DNA of 64,000 nucleotides from the IMG/VR virus record IMGVR_UViG_3300023109_000016; one strand, written 5' to 3'. This DNA comes from an uncultured virus (IMG/VR IMGVR_UViG_3300023109_000016). Taxonomy: Duplodnaviria > Heunggongvirae > Uroviricota > Caudoviricetes. A model generated the notes under the pieces. That model did not search any database. It worked only from the letters and a program-made list of their open reading frames with translations, and was not told the origin of the DNA. The position numbers and the translations under genes were made by a program. The stretch's first letter is position 1; every line of letters begins with the position of its first letter. Shown piece by piece: positions 8,825 to 18,230 of the stretch.

Positions 8825-10183
8825 ATGGCGTATAATGCTCAGAAGCAAATGGAAACCTACCAGAGAAGGTTGGATATCCTAAATCTTAGGAGAATTATGT
8901 CAATGGGAAGACCTGCCTCTTCAAAAATGGAACAATTTTATGTCAATAATTACCTTTTTACCCCCGAAATGCAAGCAATGGGAATGTATAAAGATGGTTT
9001 TCATTATGGAAGGCAAGAAGGTTCTGGAGAAGGAAATTTGATTATTAAAATTGGCGAAGGTTCAAAAACTCTTTTTTCCAGTCACACCGATACAGTTCAC
9101 AGAACTGGAGTTGAACAAAATGTCATTATTGACCCTACTCAAGATAAATTGAAATTTACTACAGATAGTGGTCAATGTCTTGGAGGAGATGATGGAACAG
9201 GGGTTTGGTTGATGTTAGAATTGATTAAAGCAGGAGTTCCGGGGTTGTATATTTTTCACAGAGCAGAAGAAGTAGGAGGTCAAGGCTCATCTTATATTGC
9301 AAATTCCACTCCAGAACTAATTGAAGGATATGAAAGAGCAATTGCGTTTGACAGAAAAGATGATTGGAGTATTATTACGCACCAATCAGGTGTTAGAACT
9401 TGCTCTCCTGAATTCGCTAAAGATTTGGCAAAAGAATTAAGTATGGGTCACAGAGCAGATAGCACAGGCTCATTTACAGATACTGCAAATTATGATACAA
9501 TCATTCCCGAATGCACTAACCTTTCAGTAGGATATCACAATGCACACTCAGCCAGAGAAAATCAAGAGATTGATTATCTTTTAGAGTTTAGAGATGCTTT
9601 AATTAAAGTAGATTGGGAAAACTTAGTTACTGTCAGAGACCCTGAAGAAGTAGAATATTCTAATACAGGATATTATGGATATGGTAGCACATTGGTTAGA
9701 CCCTCTAAAAAGACCAGAGATAAAGTCGGCTGGAGCGATTATGACGATATGATGTTTGAGAAGGAAAAAGAATCCAAATCAAAAACGATTGATATTGAAG
9801 ATGGAGATTGGGGTGAAGAGGTCGGAGGAGATGTAGGTTTAGATATTCTGTTTGAAAAGTCTTCCTCTTCAAATGAGGAATTGCTTGAAAAACTGATTAA
9901 TAAAGATTTGATGTCTTTGACAGAAGAAGAGAATTTATTGTTATATAGGATAGACGATAACGATTTGACCGAAGAGGAAGCCGTTAAGGAATTAAAAAGA
10001 ATTTGGAATATTTCCGACGATAATTATGAAGGCCTTGATGATTTCCTTGACGATTATCCGAAAGGCGATAAAACCTCTAAAGAAGATTTTGATGATTGGG
10101 AAGATATTGAAGAATCAGAAAAAACCGATATGGCAGACATGGAAGGTTCGGATTACGATTGGAATAGATGGTTCAACCCTTAG
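8825..10183 (+). CDS. M20/M28-family zinc peptidase with long acidic C-terminal tail
   Basis: SHTDTV, GGDDGTGV, AEEVG, FDR and HNAH Zn-ligand motifs; ORF 8816..10183, TATA spacing favours ATG 8825. Confidence 0.85.
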   Translation: MAYNAQKQMETYQRRLDILNLRRIMSMGRPASSKMEQFYVNNYLFTPEMQAMGMYKDGFHYGRQEGSGEGNLIIKIGEGSKTLFSSHTDTVHRTGVEQNVIIDPTQDKLKFTTDSGQCLGGDDGTGVWLMLELIKAGVPGLYIFHRAEEVGGQGSSYIANSTPELIEGYERAIAFDRKDDWSIITHQSGVRTCSPEFAKDLAKELSMGHRADSTGSFTDTANYDTIIPECTNLSVGYHNAHSARENQEIDYLLEFRDALIKVDWENLVTVRDPEEVEYSNTGYYGYGSTLVRPSKKTRDKVGWSDYDDMMFEKEKESKSKTIDIEDGDWGEEVGGDVGLDILFEKSSSSNEELLEKLINKDLMSLTEEENLLLYRIDDNDLTEEEAVKELKRIWNISDDNYEGLDDFLDDYPKGDKTSKEDFDDWEDIEESEKTDMADMEGSDYDWNRWFNP

Positions 10184-10219
10184 AAACACTTAAGAAGGTA
10201 TCTTGATAAGTTTTAGTTC

Positions 10220-10507
10220 ATGCCAAAGAAAAATCAATGGATTGGGCTTGTTGAGAAAATTCTTAAAAATCAAGCCATGAGTAGCACAGAACTTGCATAT
10301 AGAATTAAGCAAAATTACAGGAGAATATCTCCTCATGCCAGAGATGTAACTTTGGTTTTAAAGAATTTCTCTGACAAATTCCAAATCATTGAAGAAACAA
10401 CAGTAAATTCAACTATTAGCAATCACCAAGTCAAACTCTGGGGCTTAAAAGGATACATTTATGATTTCAAATATCCACACTTCGCTCTGGAAGGTGCAGA
10501 TTATTGA
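10220..10507 (+). CDS. Putative winged-helix DNA-binding protein
   Basis: AMSSTELAYRIK...PHARDVTLVL...KLWGL pattern. Confidence 0.55.
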   Translation: MPKKNQWIGLVEKILKNQAMSSTELAYRIKQNYRRISPHARDVTLVLKNFSDKFQIIEETTVNSTISNHQVKLWGLKGYIYDFKYPHFALEGADY

Positions 10508-10516
10508 GGTGATTAA

Positions 10517-10831
10517 ATGAGAGTCTGTAGTGGTTGCGGTATTTCAGGACATAACATCAAAACCTGCCCTAATAAAAATTTCCAAGAGGGAGAGGTCGTA
10601 TTGAAAACTAAGTTAAAGTCCTTTTTTAAGGGTGTAGAGCATAAAAGGTGGAATAAAGGAGATTGGATTACACACCCTGCTACTGATAAATTGAAAGACA
10701 ACAAATATACTATTACAGAAATTACTGAAAATGATAAAGTAAAGATTGTTGTTTTTGAATCTAAAAATCAAAAATTAAAAAATTACTTTATTAAAATTAA
10801 TGGAGTTCAAAGGCTAACCTTTATAGCATAG
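10517..10831 (+). CDS. Zinc-knuckle protein
   Basis: CSGCGISGHNIKTCP; GAGGTGA SD. Confidence 0.7.
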   Translation: MRVCSGCGISGHNIKTCPNKNFQEGEVVLKTKLKSFFKGVEHKRWNKGDWITHPATDKLKDNKYTITEITENDKVKIVVFESKNQKLKNYFIKINGVQRLTFIA

Positions 10832-10882
10832 AGGCGTAAACCTTATATAGTATAAAATATAGGGCAATATGGAGGGAGTTTA

Positions 10883-11824
10883 ATGACTTTCCAAGATGAT
10901 GAATTAAATATGGAAATTATAGAAGTAAAGCAATGTAGTGATTGCAAATCAAGAGAATTTGAACACAATGCCAGAACAGGCGAAGATGTTTGTATGAATT
11001 GCGGTCTTGTTTATTCAAACATGGCTATTGATGAAGGACCTGATTGGAGAAGTTATGAAGATACTTCTCAAGAACAATCTGGTGAAAGAACAGGTATGCC
11101 AACTACCAATCTTTTGCACGATAAAGGATTGACAACAGATATCGGATGGAAGAATTCAGATTATTCAGGTTCAAACCTTTCATCTATGAACAACAAACTG
11201 TTTAGAAGGCTAAGAAGGCAACATCAAAGAACCAGAATTTCATCATCAACCGAGAGAAATCTTGCAGTAGCCTTAGGAGAGTTGCAAAGATTAGCGGCTC
11301 AAATGGCGTTGCCCAGAGATGTTAGAGAAGAAGCGGCTTATATTTACAGAAAAGCCGTTGAAAAGAAACTTGTAAGGGGAAGGTCTATTGAAGGCGTAGT
11401 AGCCGCTTCACTTTATGCGGCTTGCAGAATGAGGAAGATTCCAAGAACGCTTGATGAAGTAGGAGAATTTTCCAGAACGGGTAGGAAAGAAATCGGAAGA
11501 ACATTTAGAGCAATTGCAAAAGAGTTGAGGATTATGGTTCATCCTTCAAATCCAAAAGATTATATTGATAGATTTTGTTCAGTTTTAGAATTGCCAAGAG
11601 AAGTAATTACTCAAGCACACAATATTGTTGATAGAGCCGAGCAAATTGATTTGACGGCAGGAAGAGGTCCTACCGGTATTGCGGCGGCTTCAGTTTATCT
11701 CGCTTCTAAGATGAGGGGTTTTGAAAGAACTCAAAAAGAAGTTTCCGATGCGGCAGGAGTAACTGAAGTAACTATCAGAAACAGATACAAAGAAATGTGT
11801 AACGCATTAGACATTAACTTGTAA
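10883..11824 (+). CDS. tfb: Archaeal transcription initiation factor TFB (TFIIB)
   Basis: Zn ribbon CSDC..CMNCGLV, DEGPDWR B-reader, LHDKGLTT, two cyclin repeats (RGRSIEGVVAASLY; GRGPTGIAAASVY...VTEVTIRNRYKE). Confidence 0.97.
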   Translation: MTFQDDELNMEIIEVKQCSDCKSREFEHNARTGEDVCMNCGLVYSNMAIDEGPDWRSYEDTSQEQSGERTGMPTTNLLHDKGLTTDIGWKNSDYSGSNLSSMNNKLFRRLRRQHQRTRISSSTERNLAVALGELQRLAAQMALPRDVREEAAYIYRKAVEKKLVRGRSIEGVVAASLYAACRMRKIPRTLDEVGEFSRTGRKEIGRTFRAIAKELRIMVHPSNPKDYIDRFCSVLELPREVITQAHNIVDRAEQIDLTAGRGPTGIAAASVYLASKMRGFERTQKEVSDAAGVTEVTIRNRYKEMCNALDINL

Positions 11825-11830
11825 ATAATG

Positions 11831-11843
11831 TTTATATAGGTAT
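11831..11843 (+). promoter_or_regulatory. Class-E (putative early) promoter TTTATATAGGTAT
   Basis: Recurs near 8179, 16062, 20210, 26976 and 27174, mostly ahead of replication-block genes. Confidence 0.75.
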
Positions 11844-11860
11844 TGGGGAAAGGGTTAGTT

Positions 11861-12376
11861 ATGAACATTGAAACATTGGCAGAAGGATACAAGGCGAAAG
11901 AATGGAAAAGAGATTCCAAGCATAGGGTATACATCGTAGGTCCTGAAGGAGAAGTAGGTTATTTTGACCTAACGAATGCAAATTTCGTTTCTTCTCCTAA
12001 ATCTAATGTGGATTTTGGCATCTGTGAAAAGGAAGATGCCGTTATTAGCCTTTCTGCAGACTCCGGGACTAAGATTTACCTTGGAGGGCTACTCCCCGAC
12101 ATCCCAGATGCTAACGAGGCGAGAACAAGGCTTACAGAAGCAATTAAGGCATTTACAAATTTGACTCAGAATGCAGAAGGAACTAAGGTTGAAATTAACC
12201 TTGGGCCAACCAAAGAAGTTAAAATCAATGGAAGGAGCCATTGGGCAAAGGCTAATCTTACAGTATCGGTAGATAATGGAGGAGAGGCTCTTAAAATTGA
12301 GGAATTGTATGATGCAACCTCTAATATGGTTTCTGCCATGCTTGACCTTGAAATTGAAAAACTCGGAGGTCAGTAA
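11861..12376 (+). CDS. Hypothetical protein
   Basis: ORF 11843..12376; promoter spacing favours ATG 11861. Confidence 0.7.
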   Translation: MNIETLAEGYKAKEWKRDSKHRVYIVGPEGEVGYFDLTNANFVSSPKSNVDFGICEKEDAVISLSADSGTKIYLGGLLPDIPDANEARTRLTEAIKAFTNLTQNAEGTKVEINLGPTKEVKINGRSHWAKANLTVSVDNGGEALKIEELYDATSNMVSAMLDLEIEKLGGQ

Positions 12377-12409
12377 ACAATTAAATAGGAAGGAAATTAT
12401 TTTTAACCT

Positions 12410-12583
12410 ATGAGGCTAATTCATAATAAGACTCCTGTATCTCAAGAGTTTGCATGGAATAGTCATAAAGATAACTTCCTCCTATTTGAATGGAGAATCT
12501 GCAATCATTGCAGTTTAACTTTCAACATTCAAAATCAAGGAATATTTTATTGGTGCGGGTGTGTTAAAAATGAAGAAAATTAA
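12410..12583 (+). CDS. Small Cys-containing protein (not in ORF track)
   Basis: 57 aa with CNHC...CGC; TTAAATAGG upstream at the usual spacing. Confidence 0.45.
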   Translation: MRLIHNKTPVSQEFAWNSHKDNFLLFEWRICNHCSLTFNIQNQGIFYWCGCVKNEEN

Positions 12584-13127
12584 GAATGTTAAATTAGGTT
12601 TAAACCCAACAGATTATGCAGTAGTAGTTACAGCAGACATTGAAATGAATGGAAAGCAAGATAAAGATGATTTGTATCTCGTTATGTTTAATATTATGGA
12701 TAATCCACTTAGACTTTCAGTTTTAACTATTGGCAACCTCTTGAATTTGATTGTGGGAAGCGGTCAAATGTCGCAAAAAGATGCTGAGGATTTAATGGCA
12801 AATAATCCCGAAAAATTTATTCAATCTGCATTGAGTAGTTCAGATAATATTGCAGACCTTGGAAAAGAAAATGTGAAGATTATGTTGGATTCGGAATCTA
12901 ATTCAAAGAAGGCAAGAATTGTTCTTACCAGCATGATTGATAAAAAGCATTATCTTCAAAATTCAACTTATTACTTTGAAGGCGAGCCTGTTAAAAAGTC
13001 TCAAGAAGTAGATACAACTCAACTCATTCCTCAATTGAAAATGATGATTGAAATCGTGAAGAGATGGGACGGATTTGACGCAGAGCAATTTCAAAAAGAT
13101 GCTGAAGCAGGTAAGATTAAATTTTAG
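12570..13127 (+). CDS. Hypothetical protein
   Basis: ORF 12561..13127; first ATG at 12570. Confidence 0.7.
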   Translation: MKKIKNVKLGLNPTDYAVVVTADIEMNGKQDKDDLYLVMFNIMDNPLRLSVLTIGNLLNLIVGSGQMSQKDAEDLMANNPEKFIQSALSSSDNIADLGKENVKIMLDSESNSKKARIVLTSMIDKKHYLQNSTYYFEGEPVKKSQEVDTTQLIPQLKMMIEIVKRWDGFDAEQFQKDAEAGKIKF

Positions 13128-13162
13128 AAACTTATATATAGGTCTTAAGGAGTTGGTAAATT

Positions 13163-13321
13163 ATGAAGAAACTAAGCGAGCAGTCATGGAGCGATATTTA
13201 TACTATCTATTATGAAACAAAAGAAGTTATTTCTATGTTGGTTCCAGAAGGAAGGATTCCTGCAATCCACCTTTCACTATATCTTGATGATATGAACCAA
13301 TTTGATGATGAAAAAGAGTAA
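13163..13321 (+). CDS. Small hypothetical protein (not in ORF track)
   Basis: 52 aa MKKLSEQSWSDIY...; TATATAGGT promoter upstream. Confidence 0.55.
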   Translation: MKKLSEQSWSDIYTIYYETKEVISMLVPEGRIPAIHLSLYLDDMNQFDDEKE

Positions 13322-13441
13322 TCTTTATAACATATTGCGTGTTAGAGTATAATGAGGCGATACAATGGATGAAAATTGGGAAGAAGTTTACGGAACTGAA
13401 GAATGGTGGAAGAATACTGAATACGATTGGGAGTGATTAAG

Positions 13442-13669
13442 ATGGCAAAGAAAATGGGATTGAGTGAAAGACACGGAAGACTACTTATTGAATTTGTTTT
13501 AGATTTCAATGATACAATTACTCCAAGAGTGGCGAGAGACAGACTATGGGATTCATGGGGGAGGAATAAGCCCACTTCCAGAGAAATTGGAACTTTTATG
13601 AATCTTCATCCTAACTTTATTCATACAGGTTATGTAGAAGGAGCCAAAGAATATATGTGGGGTGCTTGA
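13442..13669 (+). CDS. Small putative winged-helix protein
   Basis: ORF 13427..13669; ITPRVARDRL...PTSREIGTFM; GAGTGA SD before ATG 13442. Confidence 0.55.
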   Translation: MAKKMGLSERHGRLLIEFVLDFNDTITPRVARDRLWDSWGRNKPTSREIGTFMNLHPNFIHTGYVEGAKEYMWGA

Positions 13670-14488
13670 ATGAGTTACGAATCCTTGGAAGAATTGGAAA
13701 CCGACCCAATTGTTACCTTTGACGGAGTAGTGCATGATGAAGCAGAAATTCTTGAAAAGATGATGGATGATGATTTCTATTATGGTTATCTGGGGAAGCA
13801 AGCACTTTCTTCTTCCTCCTTGAAAACGATTCTCAAGTCTCCAAAGGTTTATCTTCAAAGGTTAGAAGAAGGAGATGTGGAAACACAACCTCTAAGAGAT
13901 GGTAAGATGTTTCATTGGTCTATTCTTGAACCTGAAAAGTTTGAAGAAGTTGAAATTGTTGATGTGAAGTCAAGAAATACCAAGGCTTTTCATTTTGCAG
14001 TAGCCGAGGCTTTGGCTGAAGGTGCTGGAAAAGAAGTTTACACCAGCAAGGAGAAACAAACCGCCTTGAATCTTAGAGAACATATGCTAAAAAATGATAT
14101 GGCTTCAAGTTATCTTCAAGATGCTGAATATGAAATTCCTGCAATTAAGATGATTCACGGAGTTCCATTTAGAGCCAAGGCTGACATTTTAAAGAAAGAT
14201 AAGATTGTAGATTTAAAGACTACAGGAGATATCAGCAAGTTCAAGTCATCAGCGTATGCGTTTGGCTACGACCTTCAAGCCTATCTTTATCTTCAAATGT
14301 TCCCCGAAGCAAAGTCTTTTGAATTTGTAGTTATTGATAAGAAAACCTTTGAGATTGGAATTTACACTTGCTCAGAAGAGTTTTTGGAAAGCGGAAAGAG
14401 AAAGTTAGAGAAGGGAATTGAAACCTATAAGTATTTCTTTGTTGACAATAACGACATTGAGCAACACTATATCAAAGATATGCTTTGA
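13670..14488 (+). CDS. PD-(D/E)xK exonuclease, RecE/exonuclease VIII-like (DUF3799-type)
   Basis: LSSSSLK, G..FH..ILEP, RAKAD, IVDLKTT, YDLQAYLY motifs. Confidence 0.85.
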   Translation: MSYESLEELETDPIVTFDGVVHDEAEILEKMMDDDFYYGYLGKQALSSSSLKTILKSPKVYLQRLEEGDVETQPLRDGKMFHWSILEPEKFEEVEIVDVKSRNTKAFHFAVAEALAEGAGKEVYTSKEKQTALNLREHMLKNDMASSYLQDAEYEIPAIKMIHGVPFRAKADILKKDKIVDLKTTGDISKFKSSAYAFGYDLQAYLYLQMFPEAKSFEFVVIDKKTFEIGIYTCSEEFLESGKRKLEKGIETYKYFFVDNNDIEQHYIKDML

Positions 14489-14866
14489 TTATCTGGTTGA
14501 AGGCCTTAAATCATAATCCTTTCTAATAAGGTCTCCTTGGGTAGACATATTGCCGTAAGGAACATAATAAACGCTTTTAGCAACCTTTTTCAATTGCTTG
14601 TAAAGTTTATCGGCTTCAACAGGAGTCCAACAACTTCTGTCGTATCTACCAAGAACCCATTTACCTCTGGATTTCCTATAAGTTCTCACCCAATACATTC
14701 CGTAAATTCCAACTCTTTTTTCAATTTGTCCCGTAGGGGGTAAGGTTTTTGCAATCGGTCCAATAATAACTGCAATCTCATCTTTTTCTCTCATATTGCC
14801 TTTGTATCTTTCAATATCTTTTGAGGTAATTTTATTATAAGACCTTATCTGTGCAGGAGTCGGCAT
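14489..14866 (-). CDS. Basic hypothetical protein
   Basis: 125 aa; TTTAAGTATC promoter upstream. Confidence 0.7.
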   Translation of the reverse strand: MPTPAQIRSYNKITSKDIERYKGNMREKDEIAVIIGPIAKTLPPTGQIEKRVGIYGMYWVRTYRKSRGKWVLGRYDRSCWTPVEADKLYKQLKKVAKSVYYVPYGNMSTQGDLIRKDYDLRPSTR

Positions 14867-14897
14867 ATCTTTTCATTCTCTTCTTGATACTTAAAGA

Positions 14898-15551
14898 TTA
14901 TTTTTCATTTACGCTCCAAGGATACTCTTTCCAATTCATAAACCATTGATTCACAATAGGCGATATAACAACATTCAAATCATCTACCCCCATAAAACCC
15001 TGTCCATCATAATCAGTAAAAACATATGTCATTTGATTTTTGATGAATCCCGTTAAAATAACTTCCTCTTTGTCTGGCTCATAATCCCATTCTATTGAAT
15101 CCCAATCTTCATATTCCATTAAAGGATTCCCTTCATAAGTTTTTTTCCAGTTTTCAAATTGATATCTTAATGTCATCCCAATAAAAATCTCCCTTCCTTT
15201 TTTTATGGCTCTTTTAACAAACTTATCTTGCTCCCATCTGTGATAATATTTTTGAACTGCATGGGGCGTAAAACCAACATTGAAATAATGGTTGTATTGA
15301 TAATCTCTGGTATCTATGTTAAATGTTAATCTTACACCATAGATATCGCAATTTGAGTTCCCATATTCATTCTCGCTTTTTGTTTTTCCTTTATGAGTAA
15401 TTTGCAGTTTGAGTTTTGATATTGGAAAATACCAATTCTGTTCAAAGTGAAATTTTATTGAATCTAAAAAATAATCCTGTATATTAGGCATGGGGTGTTC
15501 ATTCAACCAATCCTCAATTTCACCCAAAACCGTTACATGATATTTAGTCAT
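14898..15551 (-). CDS. Hypothetical protein with C-terminal FMNW tag
   Basis: Ends WFMNWKEYPWSVNEK. Confidence 0.8.
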   Translation of the reverse strand: MTKYHVTVLGEIEDWLNEHPMPNIQDYFLDSIKFHFEQNWYFPISKLKLQITHKGKTKSENEYGNSNCDIYGVRLTFNIDTRDYQYNHYFNVGFTPHAVQKYYHRWEQDKFVKRAIKKGREIFIGMTLRYQFENWKKTYEGNPLMEYEDWDSIEWDYEPDKEEVILTGFIKNQMTYVFTDYDGQGFMGVDDLNVVISPIVNQWFMNWKEYPWSVNEK

Positions 15552-16030
15552 GATTTCACCTCAAACGGCGTTTCTGTCCAATTCATAAATGGCTGAGAGT
15601 CAATTGAAGTTATTGAATAAACATTAGCCCATGCTAAAATAGAATCTATCGTATCATAATAATTACCCGGACTATCAAATCTCAAATTTTGAAAATGCGT
15701 TCCAACTGCATCTTCATTATAATAAAATTCACAATAATATAAATTTAAACCATGCTCTTCTGACGCTAAACTTCCTTCAACATCTTCATCTAATTGCGAT
15801 TTATCGTTATTTATGAACGCCAAAAAATTTTCCTTTCTGTCTTTTTTAATAACAAATATCCATTTCTTTGAAAGATTTTTGAAATCAGATTTAATAAGAG
15901 GAGTGTTTTTCTTATATGTCATCAAAAAATCTTTGCCAAACCTTGCCCTATTAATCTGATTTACGGCTTCTGTAAACTTTCTCATATTTTCTGGATAATT
16001 GTTTGTCATTTCAGGAATGGGAAGTTTCAT
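15548..16030 (-). CDS. Hypothetical protein with C-terminal FMNW tag
   Basis: Ends PFMNWTETPFEVKS; TTTAAGTATC promoter. Confidence 0.8.
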   Translation of the reverse strand: MKLPIPEMTNNYPENMRKFTEAVNQINRARFGKDFLMTYKKNTPLIKSDFKNLSKKWIFVIKKDRKENFLAFINNDKSQLDEDVEGSLASEEHGLNLYYCEFYYNEDAVGTHFQNLRFDSPGNYYDTIDSILAWANVYSITSIDSQPFMNWTETPFEVKS

Positions 16031-16050
16031 ATTTTTAAATAATTACTTTT

Positions 16051-16072
16051 GATACTTAAAGTTTATATAGGT
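16051..16072. promoter_or_regulatory. Back-to-back divergent promoters (class-L on -, class-E on +)
   Basis: gatacttaaa-gtttatataggt; both at the usual spacing from ATG 16030(-) and 16092(+). Confidence 0.75.
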
Positions 16073-16091
16073 AGGAATGGTTGTATAAAAC

Positions 16092-16679
16092 ATGGTCAAT
16101 GTAGGTATTTGTGGTCAAATGGCAAGTGGTAAAACAACTCTTGCCGAAGCACTTTGTAATGAAATCCCGTCTTATTCTAAATTTTCATTTGCTAAATCAG
16201 TAAAGGATTTTGCTAATTTCTTGTTTGATATTCCAGAAGGATATAAAGACAGAGAAAAGTATCAAAAGGTTGGAGATGGCGGAAGAAGATTCATTGGAGG
16301 CAATGTGTGGATTGATGCAACTCTTAATGCAGTATATAACAAACCCGAATCAGGTTGGGGCATTATTGATGATGTAAGATATATTAACGAAGTCCAACAT
16401 CTTAAAAAGAAAGGCTGGTTCATGGTAAAAATTAATATTTCAGAAGACTTGCAGGAAAAAAGAATAAAAGAAACTTATCCTAATGATTGGGAAAAGCACC
16501 TTGCCGCAAGAACTCATGCAAGCGAGGTTGAAGTCGCAGAAGCATCAGAAAGTCTTTTTGACCTTGTAATTGATGCCGATGACGGAGCAGTTCCTATTGA
16601 GACTCTTATTCAAGGAATCAATGATAAAATGAAGCAAGGTCATCAACAACCTGAATTGTCTCAGCACTTTGGATATTAA
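16092..16679 (+). CDS. Deoxynucleoside monophosphate kinase (phage-type P-loop kinase)
   Basis: GQMASGKTT Walker A, SFA..VK, IIDDVRYINE, HASE. Confidence 0.85.
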   Translation: MVNVGICGQMASGKTTLAEALCNEIPSYSKFSFAKSVKDFANFLFDIPEGYKDREKYQKVGDGGRRFIGGNVWIDATLNAVYNKPESGWGIIDDVRYINEVQHLKKKGWFMVKINISEDLQEKRIKETYPNDWEKHLAARTHASEVEVAEASESLFDLVIDADDGAVPIETLIQGINDKMKQGHQQPELSQHFGY

Positions 16680-17439
16680 GTTTCCTCAGTTTAGTTAATC
16701 CGTAAAGAATTACACCTATTGCGGCGATTCCAGCAAAATTGCCCATTCTGATTCTGGTTTCTGAGTTAAATACTGCTGAACCAGACTTTGGACCCTCAAG
16801 GTCAATAATACCCATACAACCTAATTGACCCAAAGATTCTTGGAAAGCAAACCAATCAACACCTGCCTTGTTAGCCAAAGTCATGGAACCGTCTTGTTGC
16901 TTAACTTGCTGGTTTTGTCCTGTTTCAGGAGTAATTCTTGAAGGGTCAACCGAAGGATTAGACATTCTCATAGCCTTTACTAATGTTTCTCTGTTGGGGA
17001 AAACAAGAATCCTGCACCTATTATGGAATACTTCTTGACCCGTGTTCGTATCAATTTGCTTGTGAGGATACACCAAATACTGCACAACCATTTCATCGTT
17101 CTGGTATGATTTTACGAATTCTCTGCAAATATCTGTGCTACTAAAATATTGTCTGCCTGTGTAAATCTTGCCGTCTTTAAGAGGGTGTCCGTGAATAGTC
17201 CACTTTCTTTGAGATTCTGTATATCCATTCATCAATCTATCTTGGGCAGACTTTTTAGTAGGAGAAACTTCAATTCTGGATTCTCCTCCGTATGATACTT
17301 CTCCAAGTTCATAATCGCCGTTTACATCGTAAACATAACACATCCATTCCCTTTCATCATGAGTTTTATCGGAATGGGTTTTCATCCTTTGGATTGCCTT
17401 AGGAGTAAACTTAGACCATTCAGATTTCCAAAGCGACAT
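16618..17439 (-). CDS. JAB/MPN (JAMM)-like metalloprotease with C-terminal TM
   Basis: E (REWMC)...HGHP...SSTD pattern; TM FAGIAAIGVILYGL; TTTAAGTAG promoter. Confidence 0.6.
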   Translation of the reverse strand: MSLWKSEWSKFTPKAIQRMKTHSDKTHDEREWMCYVYDVNGDYELGEVSYGGESRIEVSPTKKSAQDRLMNGYTESQRKWTIHGHPLKDGKIYTGRQYFSSTDICREFVKSYQNDEMVVQYLVYPHKQIDTNTGQEVFHNRCRILVFPNRETLVKAMRMSNPSVDPSRITPETGQNQQVKQQDGSMTLANKAGVDWFAFQESLGQLGCMGIIDLEGPKSGSAVFNSETRIRMGNFAGIAAIGVILYGLTKLRKLNIQSAETIQVVDDLASFYH

Positions 17440-17480
17440 GATTTTAAGTTAGCGTCTTGCTACTTAAAAGGTTCGTTAAA

Positions 17481-17530
17481 TGGTGCAGGGGAGAGGCGGG
17501 GGGAGGGAGCCGAAGTTCCTCTCCACCTGC
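17481..17530 (-). ncRNA. Putative 50-nt hairpin RNA ending in ACCA (tRNA-minihelix-like)
   Basis: GCAGG-U-GGAGAGG/CCUCUCC-CCUGC 12-bp stem plus ACCA; own TTTAAGTA box 23 nt upstream; lies between divergent genes. Confidence 0.6.
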
Positions 17531-17591
17531 AGATATTTGTTATATTTATTACTACTTAAAACTTTATATATCAAAAAAATAATAAAGAATT

Positions 17592-18155
17592 ATGGATGCG
17601 GCTGATTCCTTTATGAATTGGGGATTTAAACCCCAAAAATCAGTTGATGAATTATATTATAGTATTTATAAGCATTGGACTGATGATGCAGATGTATATC
17701 AATCTCCAGCCGTCTTTAAACCGTTTGATAAAGTCCCTTTACAATTCTTAGAAAACCAAATTACGGATATGATTGGAAAAATTTTGCAAAATTTTGAAGT
17801 TTATTTTGATGATATTGGTTACTGCGAAGTATTAGTTTCAGGAGACAGACCATTTCCAATTGAAGTATATTATAGAAATCAAACCATTCCAACACCTCTT
17901 ATTTCGGTAGATTTTGACCCAGATATTCCAAACGATATTTATAATTCTCTCTACGAAGAGTATCCCAAAAAATTTGCAAAAGAGATTATGAAATTTATTA
18001 CAGAGGATAATCTTCAAAAATGGCTAAAAGCCAATGATGAGTTGAGCAAAGGAAAGCCTTGGTATACAAATACAATTACTATCTTAAGATTAAATGATTC
18101 AATTGGAGATGATTATTTCGCCTCGTCTCTTACTGTGTTTAGCAAAAAGTTCTAA
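17592..18155 (+). CDS. Hypothetical protein with N-terminal FMNW tag
   Basis: Begins MDAADSFMNWGFKPQ. Confidence 0.8.
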   Translation: MDAADSFMNWGFKPQKSVDELYYSIYKHWTDDADVYQSPAVFKPFDKVPLQFLENQITDMIGKILQNFEVYFDDIGYCEVLVSGDRPFPIEVYYRNQTIPTPLISVDFDPDIPNDIYNSLYEEYPKKFAKEIMKFITEDNLQKWLKANDELSKGKPWYTNTITILRLNDSIGDDYFASSLTVFSKKF

Positions 18156-18230
18156 ACAAACCCTTTATATAGGTCTATTTACAGATTATAATTTGCCCGA
18201 AGAACAATAAAAGGGTATGAGGTTAAAAAT

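Noticed and set aside
17481..17530. Canonical tRNA gene
   Set aside because: Only 50 nt, with no D or anticodon arm and no TTCRA loop in position; kept as a tRNA-like ncRNA candidate.
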